Made by a program: the position numbers and the translations under genes. A stretch of 64,000 nt of DNA from Blastocatellia bacterium (GTDB lineage Bacteria > Acidobacteriota > Blastocatellia > UBA7656), in assembly GCA_035455165.1 (NCBI GenBank), contig DATIFP010000007.1, positions 9,631-73,630 of the forward strand. The letters run 5' to 3'. The notes beneath the pieces are model-generated. The model searched no databases. It saw only the letters and a list, made by a program, of their open reading frames with translations, and was not told where the DNA came from. Shown here piece after piece: positions 56,255 to 64,000 of the stretch. How positions within the stretch are numbered: position 1 is the stretch's first letter; the number at the start of each line of letters is the position of its first letter.

Positions 56255-57712
56255 ATGACGCCAGGTACGTTTGTGAGGACGCTGATGTTTTGTCCGAAGT
56301 GCGCAACCGAAAACCCCGATGCCAACAGATACTGCCGGGCATGTCGCGAGAATCTGCAACTGGTTTCCCAAGCGATGAAGGGTCGGGCTCCGGTCGTACT
56401 TGCAGGTAAGGTTGATCAGATACTGGACAGCAGAAGCGAACGGTTTCGGCGGGACAGCCTATTGAACCTCCTGATGTTCATGGCCGTGCTGGTGGGCGGC
56501 TTGGTAAGCTGGCAGAAGGGATACTCCGGGCCTTACAGTGAGCCCCTCTTCTTCATACCTCTAGCAATTCTTTCCGCGAGGCAGGCTCTTCTAGAATATC
56601 GCGCCTACAAGCGAAGCCTGTCACCAGATTTTGATTGGAAGGGACCCGATCACGAGCACCGCGAACGCGTTGCGCACCCTGATTATCGCGTTTTTAGGGG
56701 ACGCTCTTTGGCGGATTCTGACTGGAGAGGAATCGGGCAGGAAGACTATCGAAATACTTTGGGCTATCGGCTCGGCAGGTCTGTTCGGACACTTTCTCTC
56801 AGGCTGAGGAGGCTGCTGATGTTCGGGTCGGCAGTCCCTCCCGGACTACCTCAATTTGCAGCGGGTCAAGAAGGGGCGAACGACACAGCGATGACTGCTG
56901 GATATCATGCTTCCGGTTCGCTTTCGGCGACTGCATCAACGGCTCGGCAACGCCGTGCAACGGCTGCCGCCGCTCACAGCGAATCCTTTGACCAAGCATC
57001 ACACGCCAGGTACGTTGCTGATACTTATCTGGAGAGTGCGACTGGATCGATAGGCCGACAACTCGATTCATCAAACACAGGGTTCAAAAACGAGCCGCTG
57101 ATTATCTATTGCCCGGTTTGTGGCGAGGCAAACGGCTCGCAGCCCAGCCGATGCGGTGCTTGCGGAACAAGCCTCGGTCCGATCGCCGAACGTCTGAAGC
57201 CTTCGAGCCAAAACGCTCGGACAGCTAAGCTCGATCGGTTTATCAGAGCGAAAGCCGAGGGGCTAGTTTCGGCAAGCGAGCACCTGTCGCTCTCAGTCTC
57301 GGTTGGCTTGGTGGCGCTAACCCTCCTTGTCGGCGTCTGGTCGTCGTGGTCGGCCCCCGGCTGGTGGTACAGTCTGTCTCTGTCAATCGTTGTTTGTATT
57401 GCGCATGCCTGGGACCGCATAGCCTACAGACGCATCTCTCGCGAACAGGGATCTGTTGAGATGAATGAGCACGGCATGACGCGGGGTTCCTGCGCTCGAG
57501 CAGAGATTTTCGATTCGGATGAGAGGAAGCCGCTTCACGAATGGCAACGCCTGTATCGAGGCCTGTGGCTTCTCATAGAGGTGACTTCCGAAGACGAAGC
57601 GGGAGTCTCTGACGGAAGACTGGTAGCCACAGCCGAAGACCGCTCTGCGTTCCGCGACCTCGATCAGACATATGATGAGCGCTACTTGATTGCGATCTAC
57701 GCGGGGTATTGA
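56255..57712 (+). CDS. Duplicated zinc-ribbon / transmembrane protein of unknown function
   Basis: Two modules, each a 'CPxC...CxxC' zinc ribbon ('CPKCATEN..CRAC', 'CPVCGEAN..CGAC') followed by two TM helices. Start could be 56249, 56255 or 56285. Confidence 0.55.
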   Translation: MTPGTFVRTLMFCPKCATENPDANRYCRACRENLQLVSQAMKGRAPVVLAGKVDQILDSRSERFRRDSLLNLLMFMAVLVGGLVSWQKGYSGPYSEPLFFIPLAILSARQALLEYRAYKRSLSPDFDWKGPDHEHRERVAHPDYRVFRGRSLADSDWRGIGQEDYRNTLGYRLGRSVRTLSLRLRRLLMFGSAVPPGLPQFAAGQEGANDTAMTAGYHASGSLSATASTARQRRATAAAAHSESFDQASHARYVADTYLESATGSIGRQLDSSNTGFKNEPLIIYCPVCGEANGSQPSRCGACGTSLGPIAERLKPSSQNARTAKLDRFIRAKAEGLVSASEHLSLSVSVGLVALTLLVGVWSSWSAPGWWYSLSLSIVVCIAHAWDRIAYRRISREQGSVEMNEHGMTRGSCARAEIFDSDERKPLHEWQRLYRGLWLLIEVTSEDEAGVSDGRLVATAEDRSAFRDLDQTYDERYLIAIYAGY

Positions 57713-57761
57713 TCGGGCCCATTCGATTTGTAAAAGCCATTCCCCGGTTCGGAGTGATGTT

Positions 57762-58916
57762 ATGTCAGTACAACGAAACGATTGGTCGCTTCAACGCAAG
57801 GGTCAGATAGATCAGGATCGCCACAAGGAGCGCGTGCGGGACGCGATCAAGAAGAACCTCGGCTCGATCGTATCCAACGAGTCGATCATCCTTTCGGACG
57901 GCAAACGAGTGGTAAAAGTGCCGATTCGCTCGCTCGATGAATACAAGTTCCGCTTCGACTATCGAAAGAAGAAACACGTCGGAACCGGCGACGGCAACAC
58001 GAAGGTCGGAGACGTGATCGGCCACGAGGCGCAACCCGGCCAGGGTCAGGGCCAGGGCGGCGATCAACCGGGGCAGGAATACTTTGAGGCCGAGGTAGAC
58101 ATCGATGAGATTGCCAAGCTGATCTTCGAGGACTTGCACCTGCCGTACCTCGAAGAGAAGGCAAAACATGCCGTTCCATCCAAGTCCACGAAGTTCACCG
58201 AGATTCGTCGCGCGGGCATCCTCTCGAATCTCGACAAACGCCGCAGCATTCTCGAAAACATAAAGCGCCAGGCGCGCGAAACCGGTGAGCCGCGCCTCGG
58301 CCCATTCAAGAAGGAGGATTTGCGCTACAAAACCTGGGAACAGCAGATGACCTACGAGTCGAACGCCGTCGTTATCGCGATGATGGACGTCAGCGGCTCG
58401 ATGGGCGAATTCAAAAAGTACATCGCGCGATCTTTCTACTTCTGGATGGTGCGATTTCTCAAAACCAAATACGACAACGTGAAGATAGTGTTCATCAGCC
58501 ACCACACAGAGGCGAAGGAGGTAACAGAAGAACAGTTCTTCACCCAAGGCGAGTCCGGCGGAACGGTAGTCTCGTCTGCATACCGTCTGGCGCTTGATGT
58601 GGTTGACTCGCGCTTCCCGGCCAGAGACTGGAATATCTACCCGTTTCATTTTTCCGACGGCGACAACTACTACTCGGACAACGACGAGGCGGTGAAGCTC
58701 GCAGACGAGTTGATAGCCACGTGCAATCTTTTTGGCTACGGCGAAATTGGAGAAGAAGGCGCGTCGAGCTACCGGCGCTCGTCTGGCGCATTGCTGTCAA
58801 TCTTCAAGGACAGACTCAAGAGCCAGGATCGCTTTGTCGGCGTGCGCATCGACGACAAAGAGGACGTTTATCCGGCGCTGAAGGAGTTCTTCGGCAAACG
58901 CGGCGAAGAGGCGTAG
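57762..58916 (+). CDS. YeaH/YhbH (DUF444) family protein
   Basis: GGAG RBS. Family similarity including the C-terminal VWA-like 'AMMDVSGSM' motif. Confidence 0.85.
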   Translation: MSVQRNDWSLQRKGQIDQDRHKERVRDAIKKNLGSIVSNESIILSDGKRVVKVPIRSLDEYKFRFDYRKKKHVGTGDGNTKVGDVIGHEAQPGQGQGQGGDQPGQEYFEAEVDIDEIAKLIFEDLHLPYLEEKAKHAVPSKSTKFTEIRRAGILSNLDKRRSILENIKRQARETGEPRLGPFKKEDLRYKTWEQQMTYESNAVVIAMMDVSGSMGEFKKYIARSFYFWMVRFLKTKYDNVKIVFISHHTEAKEVTEEQFFTQGESGGTVVSSAYRLALDVVDSRFPARDWNIYPFHFSDGDNYYSDNDEAVKLADELIATCNLFGYGEIGEEGASSYRRSSGALLSIFKDRLKSQDRFVGVRIDDKEDVYPALKEFFGKRGEEA

Positions 58917-58920
58917 GGAT

Positions 58921-60348
58921 ATGGTCGACAAAGAAGTACTGGAACTCGAAAAGGCAGTCGAACAGATCTGGGACGTTGCCACCAACAGGTTCGGCCTCGA
59001 TCCGTTTCCCGTGCGATTTGAGATCGTCCCGGCGACTGTAATGTACGAAGTCGGGTCCTATGCGTTACCCGGCCGCTACTCGCACTGGACTTTCGGCAAG
59101 GCTTACCATCGAATGAAGATGATGTATGACTTCGGCTTGTCGAGGATATACGAAGTCGTAATCAACTCGAACCCTTCTTACGCCTTCCTGCTCGAGACAA
59201 ACTCCCCTACGCAAAACAAGATGGTTATCGCGCACGTGCTCGGCCACGTAGATTTCTTCAAGAATAACGTGTACTTCTCCAAGACCAACCGTCGAATGGT
59301 CGATGAAGCGGCTCTGCACGCCCGGCGGATGGCCGAGTACGAATTCAAGCACGGCCGCAAGGTTGTGGAAGAATTCCTTGATGCGGTGCTCTCAATTGAG
59401 GAGCACATAGATCCGAACTTCTTCATCAAGAAACCTGTTCAAGACCATCCTGACGAGACAGATAAGCAGCCGCGCCGGCGAGAAGGGCGCTATGATGATC
59501 TCCTCTCCAGGCAGGAGCTGCAGATGCAGGACGAAAGCCCGGACCTCGATTCCGAGCGACGGCACAAACCAAGTATCGACGTCCCTGAAAAAGACCTGGT
59601 CTATTTCATAATGAAGAACTCGCCCGCCCTCGAACCCTGGCAGCGCGACGTGATGGCAATGCTCCACGAGGAGATGGAGTACTTCATCCCGCAATTACAG
59701 ACGAAGATTATGAATGAAGGATGGGCGAGCATCTGGCATTCCCGAATCATGCGAGAGCTGGATTTGCCCACTGATCAATATCTCGAATTCGCCGAGTTGC
59801 ACGCCGGAGTCGTGTCGCCGCACAAAGGGCAGCTCAATCCTTACTATCTCGGCTACAAACTATTTGAAGACATCGAAAAACGTTGGGACAATCCCACCAA
59901 TGAAGAGCGCGAGAAGTTCGGCCGCACCGGAGACGAGGGCCGCGACAAAATGTTTGAGGTGCGGGAGCTCGACAACGACATTTCGTTTCTTCGCAACTAC
60001 TTGACCGAGGAAATGTGTGAGGAGCTGGATCTGTTCGTTTACCAGCTTGTCGATGAGGAAGACTGGACGGTCACCGAGAAGAACTGGGAGCGCGTTCGGA
60101 GTCAGCTTACCGCTAACATGACCAACTTCGGGTTCCCTTACATCGAAGTGATTGACGGCGATTATGACGGAAACCGCGAGTTGTACCTGATGCACCGCTA
60201 TGAGGGAGTAGAGCTGGAAATGAAATACGCCCGCAAGACCCTCGAGTACGTCTACAAGCTCTGGGGCCGCGATGTGCATCTCGAGACTCAAGTCGATGAA
60301 GAGCCTGTTGTAATGCACTACGACGGAAACGAACACGACGAAGACTGA
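58921..60348 (+). CDS. spoVR: SpoVR family protein
   Basis: '[31 protein letters not shown]' is strongly SpoVR-like. 475 aa. Confidence 0.9.
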   Translation: MVDKEVLELEKAVEQIWDVATNRFGLDPFPVRFEIVPATVMYEVGSYALPGRYSHWTFGKAYHRMKMMYDFGLSRIYEVVINSNPSYAFLLETNSPTQNKMVIAHVLGHVDFFKNNVYFSKTNRRMVDEAALHARRMAEYEFKHGRKVVEEFLDAVLSIEEHIDPNFFIKKPVQDHPDETDKQPRRREGRYDDLLSRQELQMQDESPDLDSERRHKPSIDVPEKDLVYFIMKNSPALEPWQRDVMAMLHEEMEYFIPQLQTKIMNEGWASIWHSRIMRELDLPTDQYLEFAELHAGVVSPHKGQLNPYYLGYKLFEDIEKRWDNPTNEEREKFGRTGDEGRDKMFEVRELDNDISFLRNYLTEEMCEELDLFVYQLVDEEDWTVTEKNWERVRSQLTANMTNFGFPYIEVIDGDYDGNRELYLMHRYEGVELEMKYARKTLEYVYKLWGRDVHLETQVDEEPVVMHYDGNEHDED

Positions 60349-60504
60349 AAACGCGACAAGGAGCAAGTTTCAGTTCAGAGCGCAGGCTTCAGCTCTGGTG
60401 CTGAACCCTAACATGTTGCGTTGCTCTTAGCCTCTTCCTCGTTCACTGTATTTTGGTGGATCTCAGTAGTCCGTCTCATCTAGACTTCAACAACGAGGAA
60501 CGCA

Positions 60505-61404
60505 ATGCACCAGCTAAAGCTGCCAACAATCCTGTTTGTTCTCACGCTATTGATTCTCAACGTCGTGCCCCCGGCGGCCGCGTGGGGAGAGGAGGGCCAC
60601 CGTTACATCAATCGCGTCGCCGCGGAACGCCTGCCTCCAGACATGCCCGCCTTTTTTCGGAGCGCCGGCGCGCGGCTCACTTTTCTAGGTCCCGAACCCG
60701 ATCGTTGGCGAGACGGCAGGGAACTCTATAAAGCGCTGAGCGAAGTTAACGGCCCCGATCATTTTGTCGATATCGACAAACCCGAGACCTTCGAGGCGCT
60801 CCCAAATGACCGTTACCTTTATGCCGACTGGCTTCGCTCTCAGGGAAAGGACCCGAAAGACATAGGCTATTTGCCGTATTCGATTCTCGAAGGCTTTGAG
60901 AAGGTTCAGGTCTTGTTTCGCATGTGGCGGGACCCTCGCAACGAACCCGAGCGCGATCAGATCGAGCAGAACATCATCTATTACGCCGGGGTTCTCGGTC
61001 ACTACGTCGCTGATGGTTCGCAGCCACTTCATGCCTCGATACACTACAACGGCTGGAGCACCAGCTCGAATCCGCAACTCTTCAGTCGCGAGCCCTTGCA
61101 CGGGCGATTCGAAAGCGAGTACGTCAAAGCGCAAATCAAACCCGAAGATTTTGGCGGGTTGGTCAAGGCCGCCACGAAACTGCAAGACCCGTTCGCGGAC
61201 ATCGTCAAGTACCTGATCGATTCCTACAATCACGTCCCGGAACTGTACCGAATGGAGAAGACCGCTCGATGGGACGCAAACAATCGAAATGCTGAGTCAA
61301 AGAGATTCGTGACTGAGCGCCTCGCTGCCGGCTCACAGATGCTCGCGAATCTCTGGTACACCGCCTGGCTCGGTTCGGCAACACAAAAACCTGAAGGCCA
61401 ATAA
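60505..61404 (+). CDS. S1/P1 nuclease family protein, secreted
   Basis: Signal peptide followed by 'WGEEGH', the mature N-terminus typical of S1/P1 nucleases. His/Asp zinc ligands. Confidence 0.8.
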   Translation: MHQLKLPTILFVLTLLILNVVPPAAAWGEEGHRYINRVAAERLPPDMPAFFRSAGARLTFLGPEPDRWRDGRELYKALSEVNGPDHFVDIDKPETFEALPNDRYLYADWLRSQGKDPKDIGYLPYSILEGFEKVQVLFRMWRDPRNEPERDQIEQNIIYYAGVLGHYVADGSQPLHASIHYNGWSTSSNPQLFSREPLHGRFESEYVKAQIKPEDFGGLVKAATKLQDPFADIVKYLIDSYNHVPELYRMEKTARWDANNRNAESKRFVTERLAAGSQMLANLWYTAWLGSATQKPEGQ

Positions 61405-61835
61405 GGGACGACCGATTTACTCCTTCATCCAGCGGCGAAGGTCCTTCCTCGACGGGTGCGGCAACTTTCGGTCCGCGAACGCCAGCTCCTTTCTGGAGGT
61501 GAGCTCGACCCGCGCAGCGCTCCCAAATGGCGGTTAAATCTGTAGCTCCGGAGAGGTCCCGCAAAGAGCCTAAAAAAAATTTGGCAAAGCCTTCGAACTC
61601 ATGCGTTCAATAATTGGCGGAGGCGTTCAAGCCAGAGCACGGGCTGGAAACGTTAGCGATAAAATTCTTGAGCGCCTGCGCCGCTTCCCTTCTCCCACCC
61701 TTGTCGAGCATGAACAGTGCGCCGTTTCGTAAGGAATTTGGCTTGCCTCTCAATTCGACAACCAATTAGCGTGCCACTTCCCGCAAGCGCTGAAGCTTGA
61801 TAGGGCGTAATCGCGCCGCTAGACTTCCTTTCTGT

Positions 61836-63065
61836 ATGCAAGTTCGTTCAGCAGAGATTGCGATCATCGGGGCGGGACCGGCCGGCGCGCATCTTGCGAC
61901 GCGACTCAGCGCCGACGGCCGCGATGTCGTTCTGTTCGACCCGAAAGGCGCCTGGGAGAAACCGTGCGGCGGGGGAGTTCCGACGCGAGCGCTCCGCGAG
62001 TTTGATTTCATCCTGAAGAGCTCGGGCTACCCTAAAAAACTCATCCGGCGCATCACGATGATCTCTCCTCTCAATCGCCAGGTCAGTCTGACGCTCGAGG
62101 AACCCTTCGCGGTTTATTCCCGGCAAGTCCTCAACGGTCTCGTACTCGATCGGGCGCTGGCAGCCGGAGCCCGGTTTGTGCGTGAGGCCGTGTGTGACTT
62201 TTCGCGCGATCGAGATGGTTGGGTGATCTCTACGGACGCCGGCAATCAGTACCGAACAAGTTTCCTTGTCGGAGCCGATGGCGCCGCGAGCTTCACGCGT
62301 CGCCGCCTGGTCGGCATCTTTCCAAAGCAGGACCTCGCGCTCGCATTCGGCTACAACATCCGGGATGACGAGAGCCCCTCGAGTGGGAACGGTGACGCCA
62401 AACGGCGCGGACCGGCCGTTGATGAAGTTGTTGTGCGCTTCCCACGTGACTTCACCGGCTACCTGTGGGCGTTTCCGCGGCCCGGCGTGATGAACTTCGG
62501 TGTCGCATCGAAGCTCGGCGAGCGCACATCGGACGAATTGCGTGCGCTGCTCACCGATTTTGTTTGCGACTGCTACGGCGGTTCGATGCCGGAGCCAGAG
62601 CGCGTAAGCTTCTTTGGCGCCAAGATTCCTACGCTCGATATGACGAGCTGGAGAGAACTGCAAACAATCGGAGACGGGTGGGCGCTGATTGGCGACGCCG
62701 CAGGGTTCGCCGACCCGATCACCGGCGAAGGGATTTACTACGCGTTCAAATCCGCGGATCTGCTTGCGGATGCGTTGAGCCACGCCCGGAGTACCAACGA
62801 ACCCCTGGCCGCTTACGAGCGCGCTGCATCGTCCTATGAAAACATGTGGCGCGAAGCGTTTGGCCGGGACCTCGAGCACGCGTCGTACCGGCTTCCTCAC
62901 TTTTATCACGGGCGGTTCATTGGCCGGATCTTCACCGATGCGATGGTCATGCTTGCGCGTCATCATCGCGGGGTTCGAACCATTCTCGGGCGAGCGCTTG
63001 TGGGCGAACAGAGCTATGTCACGCTCAAGCGAGATTTGCTGCGCCGGGCGTGGCAAGTCCTTTGA
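61836..63065 (+). CDS. FAD-dependent oxidoreductase, geranylgeranyl reductase family (second copy in window)
   Basis: 'IAIIGAGPAGAHLA' and 'KPCGGGV'. The antisense ORF 61848..63056 is a shadow. Confidence 0.8.
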   Translation: MQVRSAEIAIIGAGPAGAHLATRLSADGRDVVLFDPKGAWEKPCGGGVPTRALREFDFILKSSGYPKKLIRRITMISPLNRQVSLTLEEPFAVYSRQVLNGLVLDRALAAGARFVREAVCDFSRDRDGWVISTDAGNQYRTSFLVGADGAASFTRRRLVGIFPKQDLALAFGYNIRDDESPSSGNGDAKRRGPAVDEVVVRFPRDFTGYLWAFPRPGVMNFGVASKLGERTSDELRALLTDFVCDCYGGSMPEPERVSFFGAKIPTLDMTSWRELQTIGDGWALIGDAAGFADPITGEGIYYAFKSADLLADALSHARSTNEPLAAYERAASSYENMWREAFGRDLEHASYRLPHFYHGRFIGRIFTDAMVMLARHHRGVRTILGRALVGEQSYVTLKRDLLRRAWQVL

Positions 63066-63124
63066 CCCGCGCGCGCCCGTGATTCCTCAGGCGGAAGCCA
63101 CCGAGGGCGGACTTGAGAAGTCTC

Positions 63125-63544
63125 ATGAAAAGCTATCGCAAAGAGCTGTGGTTCAATGTGCCTGCGCGCCGGGGGTTCATCAACATCACCCCGCAAATCG
63201 AAACTTGTCTCCAGGAGAGCGGCGTTCGCGAAGGTCTAGCCCTGGTCAACGCGATGCACATAACGGCTTCGGTGTTCATTAACGACGATGAAGCCGGACT
63301 TCATCACGATTACGAGGTGTGGCTGGAGAACATCGCGCCGCACGAACCGGTCGACGCCTACCATCACAATCGAACGGGCGAGGACAACGCCGACGCCCAC
63401 ATCAAGCGGCAGGTCATGGGCCGCGAAGTAGTCGTGGCGATAACCCAGGGCAAGCTCGACTTCGGACCGTGGGAGCAGATCTTCTACGGCGAGTTCGACG
63501 GCCGTCGCAAGAAGCGAGTCTTAGTGAAGATAATTGGCGACTAG
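63125..63544 (+). CDS. YjbQ/UPF0047 family (secondary thiamine-phosphate synthase-like)
   Basis: 'KELWFNV...FINIT...[12 protein letters not shown]...HHDYEVWLE' matches YjbQ family motifs. Confidence 0.8.
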   Translation: MKSYRKELWFNVPARRGFINITPQIETCLQESGVREGLALVNAMHITASVFINDDEAGLHHDYEVWLENIAPHEPVDAYHHNRTGEDNADAHIKRQVMGREVVVAITQGKLDFGPWEQIFYGEFDGRRKKRVLVKIIGD

Positions 63545-63670
63545 AAGGCCTCGACCGACCCCGCGCGAATGATGATTTCCCCCTGCGATTTCTGTTCAAA
63601 CCGGCTATGGTCTAATATTACTACTAGCCGCTTTGAGAACGATGAAGCAGAGGATTCGAGGTTTGGTTCC

Positions 63671-64000
63671 ATGTTTCGAGTTGTTGTGTATCTCGGCCTC
63701 GCCACGTTGTTGGCAGCTACCGTGCGTCCGATTGTCTCTTTAACTCGTCAGCAACCTCAACCGCGCGGCGCCGTTGCTGCCGCCGCCCAGCATGACAGCC
63801 GCGCTACTGATTCTGATAAGAGAGATGCTCCCGGCGCCGCCCAAAAACCAGATGACAATATCCAGCTCAAGGCGAAACTCGTCAGCCTGACCGTTACAGT
63901 CTCAGATCGATACGGCAGGTTCGTCACCGGGCTGAGCAAGAGGAATTTTGAAGCCTTCGACGACGGGGTCAGGCAGGAGATCGCTCACTTCAGCGATGAA
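63671..64000 (+). CDS. VWA domain-containing protein (partial, 3' truncated by window end)
   Basis: Signal peptide, then 'KLVSLTVTVSDRYGRFVTGL', the canonical N-terminus of Acidobacteria-type secreted VWA proteins. Confidence 0.6.
   Translation, partial: MFRVVVYLGLATLLAATVRPIVSLTRQQPQPRGAVAAAAQHDSRATDSDKRDAPGAAQKPDDNIQLKAKLVSLTVTVSDRYGRFVTGLSKRNFEAFDDGVRQEIAHFSDE

Noticed and set aside
61848-63056. 402-aa minus-strand ORF
   Set aside because: Antisense shadow of the geranylgeranyl-reductase-family gene 61836..63065. Arg/Pro/Ala-rich junk composition and no motifs.

Overview
This is a high-GC (roughly 62-65%) bacterial chromosomal window. Protein idioms (VWA proteins with an 'LVSLTVTVSD'-type N-terminus, TPR/CHAT lipoproteins, PD40 beta-propeller-amidohydrolase fusions, many Tat/Sec-exported enzymes) suggest an Acidobacteria-like soil bacterium; that placement is inference only. 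I can support about 55 protein-coding genes. I saw no rRNA, tRNA or CRISPR array by eye.

Main blocks, in window order:
- 1-5.4 kb: M15 peptidase, a/b-hydrolase, DUF4386 membrane protein, DUF1835-like protein, SDR, GalU-like uridylyltransferase.
- 5.4-12.8 kb (minus strand): a PaoABC-like periplasmic molybdenum hydroxylase (2Fe-2S subunit with Tat signal, Mo subunit, FAD subunit), a translationally coupled small Cys-rich ORF, two secreted hypotheticals and a di-haem cytochrome c peroxidase.
- 13-23 kb: a geranylgeranyl-reductase-family flavoprotein, PBP4/DacB, NfeD-SPFH pair, and a 1104-aa PD40-amidohydrolase.
- 22.9-27.3 kb: a low-GC, gene-poor island with structured palindromes (cupin, DUF1801, hypotheticals, small secreted peptide).
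- 27.3-34.7 kb: a GGDEF-EAL sensor, then ChlI-ChlD chelatase subunits with a half-length CobN/ChlH homolog.
- 35-41.9 kb: M16 peptidase, a standalone EF-G paralog, a metalloenzyme.
- 42-47 kb: a TPR-CHAT protease lipoprotein flanked by two paralogous unknown proteins.
- 47-64 kb: alkaline-phosphatase-family enzyme, TPR protein overlapping (ATGA) a SagB-type dehydrogenase, TruB, PrkA-(Zn-ribbon membrane protein)-YeaH-SpoVR, S1/P1 nuclease, a second geranylgeranyl-reductase homolog, YjbQ, and a partial VWA protein.

Most notable observations:
- An unlisted 72-codon glutaredoxin-like gene (14331..14549, minus) whose catalytic Cys position is an in-frame TGA. This is a selenoprotein candidate.
- The TPR-CHAT/paralog triad as a possible undescribed system.
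- The chelatase trio with a split or truncated CobN.
- A CTTTGCG/CGCAAAG heptamer-based palindromic repeat family.
- Paired operator-like palindromes at two promoters.
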